A stretch of DNA of 64,000 bases from the human T2T-CHM13v2.0 reference genome, Homo sapiens. The translations under genes and the position numbers were made by a program. Shown in pieces: positions 1 to 12,888 of the stretch. Below the pieces are notes generated by a model, which had not been told where the DNA came from, did no database searches, and saw only the letters and a program-made list of their open reading frames with translations. Location: NCBI RefSeq assembly GCF_009914755.1, contig NC_060939.1. One strand, written 5' to 3'. Position 1 is the stretch's first letter; each line of letters starts with the position of its first letter.

Positions 1-325
1 GGCTGGATTACAGATCTGGGCTGTTCTGTTTTCTTCTGGGGTTTGGCTTGATTGTATATGGTGTACCAATTTGGAACGGCCACTACTCAATGCAGTGACC
101 TCCAACCAGCTGAGCTCTGAAACTTGGGAATTCCTGGGCTGGCAAGGGAAGCCTGGATTCTGGGTCTGCTGTCTGTGGGTAAGAGTGTCAGGAGGCTGGA
201 GCAGCAGGAGACGGTGCTGGCTGGCGCCGGTGTTCTGGGTCTTCCTTCCAAGCTGCAATCAGGATTCCTTTCCTGAGATTCCTCCGAATTGCCTGTCTCC
301 AAAATGCATAAGATGTTTCTGAAAT

Positions 326-497
326 CAGTGCTTCTCAAACTTTAATGCGTACCAGTGTCACCTGGATGGCTCATTAGAACCACGTGCTGAGCCCCTTCCC
401 CAGAGGTCTGGAAGTGAGGCCTGACAATTTGCATTTCTAACAAGTTCTCAGGTGATGCTGATGCTGCTGGTCTGGAAACCACACTGAGAATCCCTGT
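326..497 (+). mobile_element. MER5A (hAT-Charlie MITE)
   Basis: CAGTGCTTCTCAAAC...ATTTGCATTTCTAACAAGTTCTCAGGTGATGCTGATGCTGCTGGTC...GAGAATCCCTG matches the MER5A consensus. Confidence 0.85.
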
Positions 498-504
498 CCT
501 AGAC

Positions 505-657
505 CAGCATTTCTCACTTTACTGTGCACAGGAATTACTTGGGTTTCTTATTAAAATGCAGGTTCTAATTCAGTAGGTTTGGGGTGAGACCTGAGAATTA
601 GCATTTTGACCAGCTCCCAGGTAAAGCTGATGTATAAGGACCACCCTTTGAGTAGCA
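505..657 (+). mobile_element. MER5B-like MITE, tandem to MER5A
   Basis: TTAAAATGCAGGTTCTAATTCAGTAGGTTTGGGGTGAG...GGACCACCCTTTGAGTAGCA. Confidence 0.75.
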
Positions 658-736
658 CCACCCCCAGTCATGCTGCCTTTAGCCTCTGACTGGCTGAAGG
701 TCAAATGTTTCTACTCCCCTAAGAATAAGTACTTCT

Positions 737-1017
737 GGCTGGACACAGTGGCTCATGCCTGTAATCCCAGCACTTTGGGAGGCTGAGGCAGGCAGATTGA
801 GGTCAGGAGTTCGAAGCCAGCCTGGCCAATGTGGTGAAACCCCGTCTCTACTAAAAATACAAAAAAATTAGCTGGGCATGGTGGTGGGTGCCTGTAATCC
901 CAGCTACTTGGGAGGCTAAGGCGGCAGAACTGCTTGAACTAGGGAGGCGAAGGTTGCAGTGAGCCGAGGTTGTGCCGCAGCACTTCAGTCTGGGCAACAG
1001 AGAGACTCTGTCTCAAG
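737..1017 (+). mobile_element. AluS
   Basis: Full dimer; TSD AAGAATAAGTACTT at 721-734 and 1020-1033; almost no A-tail. Confidence 0.95.
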
Positions 1018-1842
1018 TGAAGAATAAGTACTTTCATCCCAGCTGCTATTCTCAACTGCTTTGCAAGGGCGTGGTTGTCTCTTGGTCTGTGTGTATCTGC
1101 AATTCCCTGCTCAGTCTACCCCACACCACATCCCTGCTAGAAGCTGAGCTGCCCAGTCATCTGTGGGAGCACCTGTTCATCCCAACACAGTGCCACTGGG
1201 ACAGTTAAGCCTCGCCAGGCTCTGGCTCTCGCTGGCTGCTGGGCAGGCGTTCCTTCGTGTTCCCCAGGGCCCACTTTGCCCTCTCGATGCTGGCAGTGGC
1301 TGTCCCAAGTGCCAGCTGTTCTTTTGCCCTTGAAATCAGCCCTGTCCGGCTTCTGTCCTGGCTTCCCTGATGTCCCTGACCATTCCCAAATGACTGTATC
1401 CTGCAAAAATGAGTCTGCTATAAACTGGGCTGGCAGCTGCTCTGGCAGACGGGCAGGAGGAACTTGGAGACTGTTCAAAATAAGGAGGAGTTGAAAATTA
1501 GGAACCATAGGGAGATGGAAAGAGGAACGGGAGTTAATTTAATGCCTTAAGTGTAATACACTTTATATGAATTTATGCAGAATTTACATAAAAAAATCAA
1601 CCTAATATGTAGCACAAAGGCATTAGGGAAGGTTTCTTGTAGGATGAGACAGTAGAAAGGGAAGTGGGTTGGGATTCAGGAGAACCGAGTTCTAATCATA
1701 TTCCCACATTAGTCAAGAATCCACAGGCCTCAGTGTTCTCTTGCATAAGAAGGTTTGGATTAAACCACCTTTGAGCTACTGCATGTCTAAAAACCTCACT
1801 TATTATTAGAGGGATTATCAAGGAAGGCTGGGGAAATCTTTA

Positions 1843-2156
<314 letters not shown>

Positions 2157-2159
2157 TCC

Positions 2160-2315
2160 TGAAGTTAAATCCTGGCATCTCCTGCTCTATAGCTGGGCAG
2201 CGTACTGGGCACGTCACTTACATTCTGAGTTGCTTCCTTGCCAGCGAAGATTAAATGAAGAAGCTAATAAAAGCACCTAAAACAGTTGCTGGTACCTAGT
2301 GGTACACAGCGCTCA
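2160..2315 (+). mobile_element. MIR fragment
   Basis: AAATCCTGGC...GTCACTTACATTCTGAG...AAAGCACCTAAAACAG...GGTACACAGCGCTCAA, MIR-like core and tail. Confidence 0.5.
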
Positions 2316-5300
2316 AGAAGCAGAAGCTAATATGACAATCATTAAAAATGTTAAAAACCTGTTCTTTTTCACCATGCTCCATTTAGTTGGGTGGGACACA
2401 AATGCTCAAAAGTGTATTATACTTAAAAATAGTAGAAATCAATTCCATTCTCTGCTGCCCTCACAAGCCCCTCAGGTAAGTCTGGGTTTGCTCAGCTCAG
2501 CCTCCAGGAAAATGTGTTCCAAAATCCTGGAACAAGAGGGTAACAACAATCAAAGCAGCATGTTGACATACTTAGCAAGTTTTAGGGAATTATTCAGTGC
2601 TAACTCCAGAGAAAACTGACTGAAACATAACCAGGCCAATGGCTCCCGTGGGCCCTGCAAATCAGAGGAAATGTTTGAGAACAGGGTAGATAGGACAGGA
2701 CAAAATGGCTTTGCGTTCTCTCTTGCTCTGAAAATTGTTGTCATGGGATGCAGAACATAGTGGGTGCTTATTAAATGGCCTTCGATTGAAGGAAGCATGT
2801 TCTAGAGGCTTAATGATTCTACCCCCTGAAGACCATAGTACATCCTGGATGTGACTGGCACGTCTGTTGAAAGCCTGATGCTTTGTTCTCTTAGTTGTCA
2901 TTCGTGGCCTCTAGGAAGCAGGGTGTTTGGTTGCCTGCAACAGAAATGGAGTCTAGCTGATTTACACAGAGGAAGAGTTTAGTGGAAGGATGTCAGGAGC
3001 ATATAGGTGTAAACGGGAGGCGGAAGAGTCATGGTGAGTAAGCAACAGGACTCCAGGACTCAGTTGACTGAGCATTCCTGCAGGGATGAATTGGTTCTGC
3101 TGAACCAAAAGATCTACACATTTCTTATCACTTAAGGAAACAGGCCTGGATGTCTGCTGCCATTCACTCAGGCCCAGCTCCCAAAGATGACCCATCCCTA
3201 AGCGGCCCTGATAATCAGCACACAAGAGGCATGGTGTCATATTGGAGGACCAGCCCATATATTATTTCCATGCCTGGCTGTTACTTTATCCTGCTATTTT
3301 GCTTGCAAGGTGGAACAGTTATAAGGATACTCATGTGATTTACGTGTTCAACATTCAGCCCAATGGATGACATTGCCTTCGATATTATGTTTGGGTATTG
3401 GGCAACTTCCTATCATACCTGATGTTATTGTTTAGTCATTTTGTGCCTGATATGTTTAAGTTTTATAAATAAATGCTTAGCATGGTGTGCACCTATATTC
3501 TATATAATAATCCCAGGAGGTTGCTTTGGCTAAAGAACTCCATCCACTCCAGAACTATTTCCATGGTTTGCTACACACATTTCAGAACACAACTAGGGAA
3601 TTATGACACTGCTATCCCTGGTGCCTTATCTCCTCAGTTATATCCTGAAATGAGCATAATAGCACCTACACAGCGGGTTGCTGTTTTAAATTGTATACTA
3701 TATACAAAGCACCTGATGTGTAGTAGAGAAATAATATAAAAGGCAAAGATTATAACTTTTATTTTACTTCTGTCTTTCCCCATCCCCATGTAGTAATCAG
3801 AGACTAAGCATTTTTTGGTTAATATCAAACATGTTAAGGCAGGGGAGAAGGTGGAAGAAGGGAAAGTGTGGCCATATTTCCCAGCCCTTAGACCTCTCCG
3901 TGGTAAAGAATTTGGCTATGATAGTCACTGGAGTGCCCCTATGCGGCCCCCACCATGTTCCGGCGGTTCATCATACTCCTAACAATTCCACTTCCAATTC
4001 AGGAGTGACATGGAACTACTATTTTATTATTTTGTGTGAAAATAATAAAGTAGACGATTATTTTAAATCTCTAATAATTTATCTCCTTTCTTGTATCACT
4101 CTGCTCAAGACACAAAGTCCCAAAAGAAAGAGAGGGCGAGAGAGTGAGTTGAATTTGTCTGGCCTTGACGATGTGCTTAACCCCTCAGCTAGGGGAAGGT
4201 CTGTCACTCTGGTATACATTTCTACCAAGCAAATTAGGGCAGGTGGATTTTCATAAAAAGAAATTGGGTCACAGTTGCTAGAGTACAAGGAGTGGGTGCA
4301 GTGGGGGGTTCTGTAAACCCTCCAAAGCTTTTCTACAGGGTTCTCGGGATATCTTCCTAGAAAAACTATAAAGCCCAAGAAACAAACTACTCCAAAACAG
4401 CAGTTAAGATTAGACCAAAAGAGAGCAAGAAATAGCATGATTTAATCAGTTATCAAATCTCAAAAGTTCTTTTTTGTAACTCAGAATCCTCAATAGGGAC
4501 TGTTATATATATGTGTGTATGTGTGTATAATATGTAATTGTTTATGTGTATGTATATACACACATATCACACATGAACATGTATAATTAGATTTAGAATA
4601 TAATTTACATAGACACGATTCATTAAAGTTACCCATTACTAGCAGACATTAATCTGTTGGCATAGTTTAGTTGAGGCTTTCACCCTCCTGCCTCGCTCCC
4701 TCTTGCTCACTGTCTGAACCAGCCAGTCCGTCTGTCTTCCAGGCTATAATAGTCCCTGTGTTAGGTTCCGACGTCTAGACAGAGCCCAGGGATAAGTCTG
4801 GGTGGTCCTTTGTCCTCGGGGAGTACTAAATCAAGGAAGAGGGACCCCCATGTAAGTAGACAAATTCCATTTGGCCTGTGACCTTAAGGATGCCAGACTT
4901 TGGATTTGCGGGTGCAGCTGGCGTCAGAACACCACAGGCTGCTGGCTCCAGGGTTTGTTTCTATCGCGTTTATTGCATTGGGTCGGGTAGAAGTCCTGGG
5001 GATTTTCTTATTCCCTTGACTTCATTTTTTTTTTTTTCCTTGGTAACCTTCCATCTCACTTGCACAACAAACCCAGTGCCAACTGGCTGGGTCCACTTCA
5101 GTGCCATGAGGTTCCTGGGGACAGTGGAAGAAGGTCTGTTCAGCCGCTTCAGGTGCCTGATTGCTGGCCAGCTCCATCCTGAGAGGGAGCTGGGTCTGCC
5201 AGGAGCAAGGCAACACAGCCCTCAGTCCTGCTGCCTCTCCCTCTCTCCCTGCCTCAAGCCCCCTTTGCAAGACCACTCCAGAAGGCTGACTTCTCACCCA

Positions 5301-5609
5301 GCTTCTCCGGAAAGCTCTCCCTTTCCTCTGGGGCTGGACATTTTCTCTGGTCATTAAGCACTCCTTAGTGTCCATCAGTTGATCCGAGATCCATCTTGGA
5401 AGCTCTGTGGGGCAGCTTGATGGCTGTGGAGTCTAAAAGGGCAAGCATTATCCGTGCCCACCTCTTTCCATCTGCCTTCCTTGGAGAGAGGCCAACCAGA
5501 GAAATGTGGAGGGGATTTAGTTTCATCTCATTTTTATTCATTTCCAAGTCTCCAAAGCAGTAGAATTAGGCTCAGGAAATGATATGTTTCACTAACTCTG
5601 AGAAAAATT

Positions 5610-6460
5610 GGGGAAGTGTCTTCTAAAGCTCTGTTTTGATCTTGTCACCCTTCTGCTCAAAAGCCCTCACTCTCTTCCTCTACCCTGGGTGGCAACCCAC
5701 AGCCCTGCTCATGACATTCAAAGCCCAGCATGGGAAGTGGGTCACCTTCTCAGCCATGCCCCCCACAGTCCATCCCTTCCCAGTCCTCTGTTTTAGCCAC
5801 ATTGGGCAACTCTGCACCCTCCTCCCCCGACCCGCAACAAAACACTCCTCCTCTTGCTTTGCTGACATCAGCCCCTCACCCAGAATGCCTTGCCCTCCCA
5901 TTCCCACCCCTTCAAACCCTACTCAATATTCAGGGCTTAGTTCAGATGTCACTTCTGTGAATGAAGCAATCCTTGTTTCTCCAGTGGCGGGGGAAAAATC
6001 TCTCTTCCTTCTCCCTCTTAGAGCATTTGTGTGTGGCTGTCTCTTACTTTTCTCACTTGCATTTTGGAAAACTTGCGTATTTTCCTCACTACATCCTATT
6101 TATTTGGTTACTGGGAGGCATTCAGAACTTTCTTTTGCATCACCCCACACATCCAATCCGTGAACAATTCTGCTGATTTTTACCTGCTAGATATTTCTGG
6201 CATCCATCTGTTGTCTCTTGTAAGTATCCACTCAGTGGCTGGGTCCTCCTTATTGCCCTCAGAGGTCTCTACAGCAGCTTCAGCTGAGTTCCTTGCTGCG
6301 TGTGGTCTGCTAGGTGCAAATCCATTGTCTTCACAGGGCAGGTGGTTTGTGTTTCTCACCCCCCCCTTAGTTCAGGAACTTTCTCAGTAGCAACCACAAT
6401 GTGGCTATCAGGGCCTAGTGCATAATAGGTACTTAACAAATACTGAGCAAGTGAAGGATG
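5610..6460. mobile_element. L2 fragments
   Basis: GATCTTGTCACCCTTCTGCTCAAAAGCCCTC, TCAGATGTCACTTCTG and GTGCATAATAGGTACTTAACAAATACTG resemble L2 3' region. Confidence 0.5.
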
Positions 6461-6594
6461 AACAAGTTATGTCTTTGGTGGCACTAAACAACTTGCTTGC
6501 CAGATGTTGCATAATCCTTAACTTGGAAATGTCCTGCTGTGAGTGACAGGCCTTCCCTCTCTGAACCTCTTTATGTACTTGTGAAATGACGGGC

Positions 6595-6901
6595 ATTATT
6601 ATTATTATTATTATTTTTTGAGACGGACTCTTGCTCTGTTGCCCATGTTGGAGGGCAGTGGCGTGATCTTGGCTTACTGCAACCTCTGCCTCCCGGGTTC
6701 AAGTGATTCTCCTGCCTCAGCCTCCTGAGTAGCTGGGATTACAGGTGCCTGCCACCAGGCCCGGCTAATTTTTGTGTTTTTAGTAGAGATGGAGTTTCAC
6801 CATGTTGGCCAGGCTGGTCTCGAACTCCTGACCTCAAGTGATCCTTCTGCCTCGCCCTCCCAAATTGCTGGGATTACAGGTGTGACTCACTGTGCCCCAC
6901 C
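6595..6901 (-). mobile_element. AluS with (TAA)n tail
   Basis: Reverse Alu; (ATT)n at 6595-6614; TSD-like GACRGGCATKATT. Confidence 0.95.
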
Positions 6902-7829
6902 GACAGGCATGATTTTATCTCAAAGGTCCAGTCATAAACCCATTTCCCTCTGAATTCATTTGCATTTGCTTCACAATTAAGCAGCTTCAGTTGTGGTGAT
7001 TTGGGGGCTACTTTGCCAGAGATAACTCTTTCCTCATTAAAACATGTTGTGGTTTTTATATTAGCTTGTTTCTTAGGTGAGCTAAATGTTCATTTTCTCT
7101 TGAAGTAGACATGGGCTATTGCTGATTCAGCAGATTACACCCAAAAAGTTATCTAATCTGGGGTATGACCCTGACCTTTTTCATCACCCGATTGGGCCTG
7201 TCGTCCACAGAAATCATCAGACTTCATGAGCCTGTTTTTCATCCACATCATCAGACTTCATGGCCCTAGGCCCATGAATCAGAATCAAGTTACAGAGTGT
7301 CTGGAAAATCTGCTTAGACGTAGAAATCAATAACAGAAAAGCAAGACTGCTTTCGAGCTACAAATTATATAATTCTTGGGGCAGGTACATCTGGCTTCCT
7401 CCTTTAAAGGCTATGGAAGGTGGAAATCTGAAGTGTTAATTCAACAGTTGAGGGAAGTGACATTAATGCTTATGCCAGGAAATTTCTCCTTGTGCAGTGG
7501 TTGGGGAAAATGTGCTCAGACAGCAGGTGAAGGAGCCACATACTTTTTCCCCCAAGACCCTTCCTGAATTTAAATATTCTGTCCTCTTATTCCAAGAAGT
7601 GTATTCATGCTGGTCAGTTCAATTGGGAAAATATGGTCATTGCATCAAAAGGTTTTGTAAGGTTTTGATAAGTCTACTAGGTTGGTCTTGCCTATAAGAA
7701 TAAAACTTATAACAGCAGGGACTTCTTAAATTCCTTCTGGTTGTGTATTTCCAGTTCTTTGTGGGATATCTATACTTGAAGGCCATCAAATTCTACGCTT
7801 CAAAGTCACAATTTTTCTGGGAAACAATG

Positions 7830-8116
7830 TTTTTTTTGGAGACAGAGTTTTGCTCTTGTTGCCCAGGCTGGAGTGCAGTGGTACAATCTCAGCTCACTGC
7901 AACCTCTGCCCCGGGTTCAACTGATTCTCCTGCCTCAGCCTCCTGAGTAGCTGGGACTACAGGCACCTGCCACCATGCCTAATTTTTTGTATTTTTAGCA
8001 GAGACAGGATTTCATCATGTTGGCCAGGCTGGTTTTGAAGCCCTGACCTCGGGAGATCTACCTGCCTCAGCTTCCCAAAGTGCAGGGATTACAGGCGTGA
8101 GCCACTGTACCGGGCC
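7830..8116 (-). mobile_element. AluS
   Basis: Reverse Alu consensus. Confidence 0.95.
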
Positions 8117-8993
8117 AGAATCTTCTTACTTGGGATCCCATGTCTCTGTGTTGCTTCTGAAAAAGCCTGGGGCTACTGGACAGGAGTAGCACTGGGGGGC
8201 TGTCAGGCTGTTCGTTAGTGGAAAGCCTTGTGAATGGGGGTAAGATGTGTTTGGACAAAAGGAATTGAGTTATGTGTCATTCACGTAGTCATTTTTTGTC
8301 AGGGAGGTAAAGTGGGAGCAGAAATGTTTGGAAGAGAAAAATATGGCACACTGGGGTCCACATGAGACATTGTAATGGGCGGGACATGAGTGCAATGTGT
8401 GAGGGTGACCCCTGAGAGGGTGGGAGGAGGGGAGAGAAGCAGTCTGTGTGTACATTCTTCTGTAGGCTCTGGTGCTTGTCTTCTCTCCCCTGCACTCCCG
8501 ATAGTCATTTTGTAGCTTTAGCTTCTTTGTCCTTGTGTCTTTCTTTCACCATTCACTACTTCTCCTTGTCATTTCATTAATGATACTGAATAATAAATGG
8601 CACATCGTAAAAATTTTCCACTGCACAATCCCTGTCCAAGGTGGAATGTGTGGAGCAGTTGAGCATCAGGGAGGTCAAATGAGTGGACTGAAGAACTCGG
8701 TGATTCTGATCAGGAAGGAGGTCCATGTAACATCCAGCATGCCGGGGGTGGTGTTGAGAGGACAGCATCAGGGATCTGTCTGTTGGCAGGTGGGAAGTCA
8801 GAAAATGACAGGTCAGAGTAGTGTCCAGTGAGGCTTCTGAACCCTCATGGTCAGTAATTGACAGCATGGCTTAGAAATTAAGAATCTCCAAGTGGACAGG
8901 TCTAGTTGACTTCCCTGGGACACAGTGCCTTGACACTGTAGAGGGAAACTCACAAGTAATTCATTATAACAATAAAAGAATCAGTGCTTATGA

Positions 8994-9313
<320 letters not shown>

Positions 9314-10254
9314 AATACTCACTTGCTTTTGATGTGCTTTCTTAACTAGGAGAAAGAGTCAGGGTTACAGAGAGCTCTTGGGGAACAACAGGGATGATCT
9401 TACACATGCCATTTCCCACAGCAAAAGACTTCCATCAATAGCTGTGACAATTAAACAGTGTAAAGCACTTTATTTTTCACCAAAAAATGTTGAGTCTCAT
9501 CAAAATTTGAGAGTGTGCGCTGCGCTGCAGACAAATAACAAACATCAGGGGTATTGCTGTGAAAGAAAAAGGTTGAGAACCGCCAATTTAGTGTCCTGAT
9601 CTGTGTCCATGGACTGATTCAGAGGCAGTGAGGGAGCAGGGGCTTCTGCTCCTGGTGGTCAGATGTTAAACTTGGAGTTCAACACCTGGGCCATAGACCC
9701 TGAGTCAGGAAGGTCAATAGCACACCATTGTGTCTCTCTTCCAGAACACAGATTTCCCTTTAATTCTTCTCTTGATCGATATGACTAGTCTTCAGGTTAT
9801 ATCATGGTTCCCTCCTCTTTGCTGCTGCTTTCTACTAAAACTCCTGGTTGCAGTGAAGTCTGGAGCCTGCCCACACCTTCTTGCAGGAGTCTATCCCCTG
9901 GCACCCTCTCTGAACTCCTTTTGCCCTTTTCTCTGCCCCTCTACTAAGCTTCCTAAACTGTCGATTGCATCCTGATGCTTCCTTTGTTGGAAAACTTCAG
10001 CAGTGTACAGCATGGTGAAGATGGCACCCACCAGGCACAGACATGATTTCTCTTCCACTTTTGCCTTTATCTCACGGTGGCCTTGAGCAAGTGACTAGTT
10101 TGATGCCTCAGCTTCTCTCTAGGTAATATGAAATCATGCAACTAGCAGAACATGAAGAACTATGATTCTTCTGCTTAAATGCTCTCCACATGTGCCCTAT
10201 GTATCATTTAAATACAATATTGCTGTTTGTGACACATGAAAGCTATTTTATTGA

Positions 10255-10573
<319 letters not shown>

Positions 10574-10923
10574 AATGCTTGCTTTTTGATGACAATAGCA
10601 CAACATCTCTACATGTCTCTCCCTCTCTTCTACCTTTAACTCTTGGCTCTAGTCCATCCTTTGTTCCCTCTGCCCCTTCTTCTCTCTGTCTCTTGCAGGA
10701 TGACTGATATTGGGAGAAGCTGAATAATAAAACAGCAATTAGGAAACAGGCATTAGCAGCAAATAGGTCTGGGTGATGCATAGCTAACCCTTGATGACTG
10801 AACATTTTGAAGTGTCTTTTACTCATTTGTAAAATGGAGATAATATTAGCTTACGGTCTGGCATGTAGTAGTACCTAAATAAATGTTATCTCTGAATAAA
10901 GTCTAGCTCAAACATTCCTTCAG

Positions 10924-10972
10924 TTGTTTTTCTCTTTTTCTTTTTCTTTTTTTTCTCTTTTTGCTTTTTTTG

Positions 10973-11048
<76 letters not shown>

Positions 11049-11074
11049 TTTCTCTCTCTCTCTCTCTTTCTCTT

Positions 11075-11167
<93 letters not shown>

Positions 11168-11179
11168 TCTCTCTCTCTT

Positions 11180-11226
<47 letters not shown>

Positions 11227-11243
11227 TTCTCTCTCTCTCTTTC

Positions 11244-11274
<31 letters not shown>

Positions 11275-11847
11275 CTCTCTCTCTCTTTCTTTCTCTCTCT
11301 CTCTCTCTCTTTCTCTCTTTCTCTCTCTCTGTCCCTGTGTGTGTGTGTCTCTGTCCCTGTGTGTGTCTCTGTCTCTTTTCCTGTGTGTGTCTCTCTCTGT
11401 CTCTGTCCCTGTGTGTCTCTCTCTCTCTGTCTCTGTGTGTGTGTCTCTGTCTCTGTGTGTCTCTGTCTCTGTGTGTCTCTGTCTGTGTGTGTATCTCTGT
11501 CTCTGTGTGTGTGTCTCTGTGTGTGTTTCTCTCTCTGTCTCTGTGTGTCTCTGTCTCTGTGTGTCTCTCTCTCTGTCTCTGTGTGTCTCTCTCTCTGTCT
11601 CTGTGTATCTCTCTCTCTGTCTCTGTGTGTGTGTGTCTCTCTCTGTCTCTGTGTGTGTGTGTCTCTGTCTCCGTGTGTGTGTCTCTCTCTCTGTCTCTGT
11701 CTCTCTCTGTCTCTGTGTGTCTCTCTCTCTGTCTCTGTGTGTGTCTCTCTCTCTGTGTCTCTCTCTGTGTCTCTCTCTGTGTCTCTCTCTGTGTCTCTCT
11801 CTCTGTCTCTCTGTCTCTCTGTCTCTGTCTCTCTGTCTCTCTCTCTG

Positions 11848-11878
<31 letters not shown>

Positions 11879-12390
11879 GTCTCTCTCTCTGTCTCTCTCT
11901 CTGTCTCTCTCTCTGTGTGTCTCTCTGTGTCTGTCTCTCTCTGTGTGTCTCTCTCTCTGTCTCTTTCTCTCGCTCTGTCTCTGTCTCTTTGTGTCTCTGT
12001 CTCTTTGTCTCTGTCTCTTTCTCTCTCTGTCTCTTTCTCTTTCTCTGTCTCTGTCTCTCTGTCTCTTTGTCTCTGTCTCTTTCTGTCTCTGTCTCTGTCT
12101 CTTTCTCTCTCTCTCTCTGTCTCTTTCTCTGTGTCTCTCTCTCTCTATCTCTGTCCCTCTCTCTCTGTCCCTCCTCTCTGTACCTGTGTGTGTGTCTCTC
12201 TCTGTCCCTGTCTCTGTGTGTGTGTCTCTTTCTCTGTCTCTGTCTCTGTGTGTCTCTCTCTGTCTCTGTGTGTCTCTCTCTGTCTCTCTCTCTGTCTCTG
12301 TCTCTCTGTCTCTGTCTCTCTCTGTCTCTGTGTGTCTCTGTCTCTGTGTGTGTCTCTGTCTCTCTCTCTGTCTCTCTCTCTCTGTCTCTC
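10924..12390. repeat. Giant compound microsatellite (T-rich > (CT)n/(CTTT) > (CT)n/(GT)n/CTCTGT)
   Basis: ~1.47 kb with only 4 adenines on the + strand (11493, 11607, 12147, 12182). Confidence 0.99.
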
Positions 12391-12464
12391 AGATGGGTCT
12401 CACTTTATCACCCAGCCTGGAGTGCAGTGGCGCAATCAAAGCTCACAGCAGCCTTGAACTCCTG
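12391..12464 (-). mobile_element. AluJ/FLAM 3' fragment whose tail position is occupied by the giant microsatellite
   Basis: AGATGGGTCTCACTTTATCACCCAGCCTGGAGTGCAGTGGCGCAATC...GCTCACAGCAGCCTTGAACTCCTG. Confidence 0.9.
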
Positions 12465-12489
12465 CAGCTTTTTCGAATCTGGTATACAC

Positions 12490-12506
12490 TGACCTCCCAA
12501 TGACCT
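12490..12506 (-). promoter_or_regulatory. Perfect DR5 nuclear-receptor element (RARE-type)
   Basis: TGACCT-CCCAA-TGACCT = AGGTCA-n5-AGGTCA on the minus strand; motif only, function untested. Confidence 0.4.
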
Positions 12507-12856
12507 TATAGGACTGCATGGTTTGGAATTGGTTTCTCGCTAATCATGGGTCTTTTTCCTTGGCCAGCTGAATGTGAACCCCTTCCACAGTGGTGGTTCC
12601 TGCCTCTGTGTCTTCTCCACAGCACCCAGATAAAATACTTGCACAATGTTTTTGGAGCAGTTAAATGTTAGCGCTGATTAGATGATAGCATAGCATTTCT
12701 CATAGAGATCACCCAAAGCTTGGTAAAATTGTTCTTCCCGGGCCTCACCTCTGTGCCTGTTGCTATGCCGAGGCTTCATCCTGTCAGGCATTCGGACTCC
12801 CGAGGAGTCTTGAGCTTTGGGATTTGGCTGGCTGTGCTGTCTCTCTCCGCCTCTAG

Positions 12857-12888
12857 GCCAGGCGGTGCCTGCATCCCCCAATTCAACG
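12857..12888 (+). other. Candidate 32-nt exon (or 3' end of a longer exon)
   Basis: Acceptor CTGTCTCTCTCCGCCTCTAG| and donor ACG|GTGAGT; locally CpG-richer. Confidence 0.3.

Noticed and set aside
4878-6163. 159-aa and 175-aa ORFs
   Set aside because: Non-ATG starts, no recognisable domains, and partial overlap with L2-like sequence; lengths are compatible with chance.
10924-12503. Three long ORFs (522, 498 and 388 aa) rich in S/L/C/V
   Set aside because: Stop codons need A, and the strand is almost A-free. These are translations of a microsatellite, not genes.
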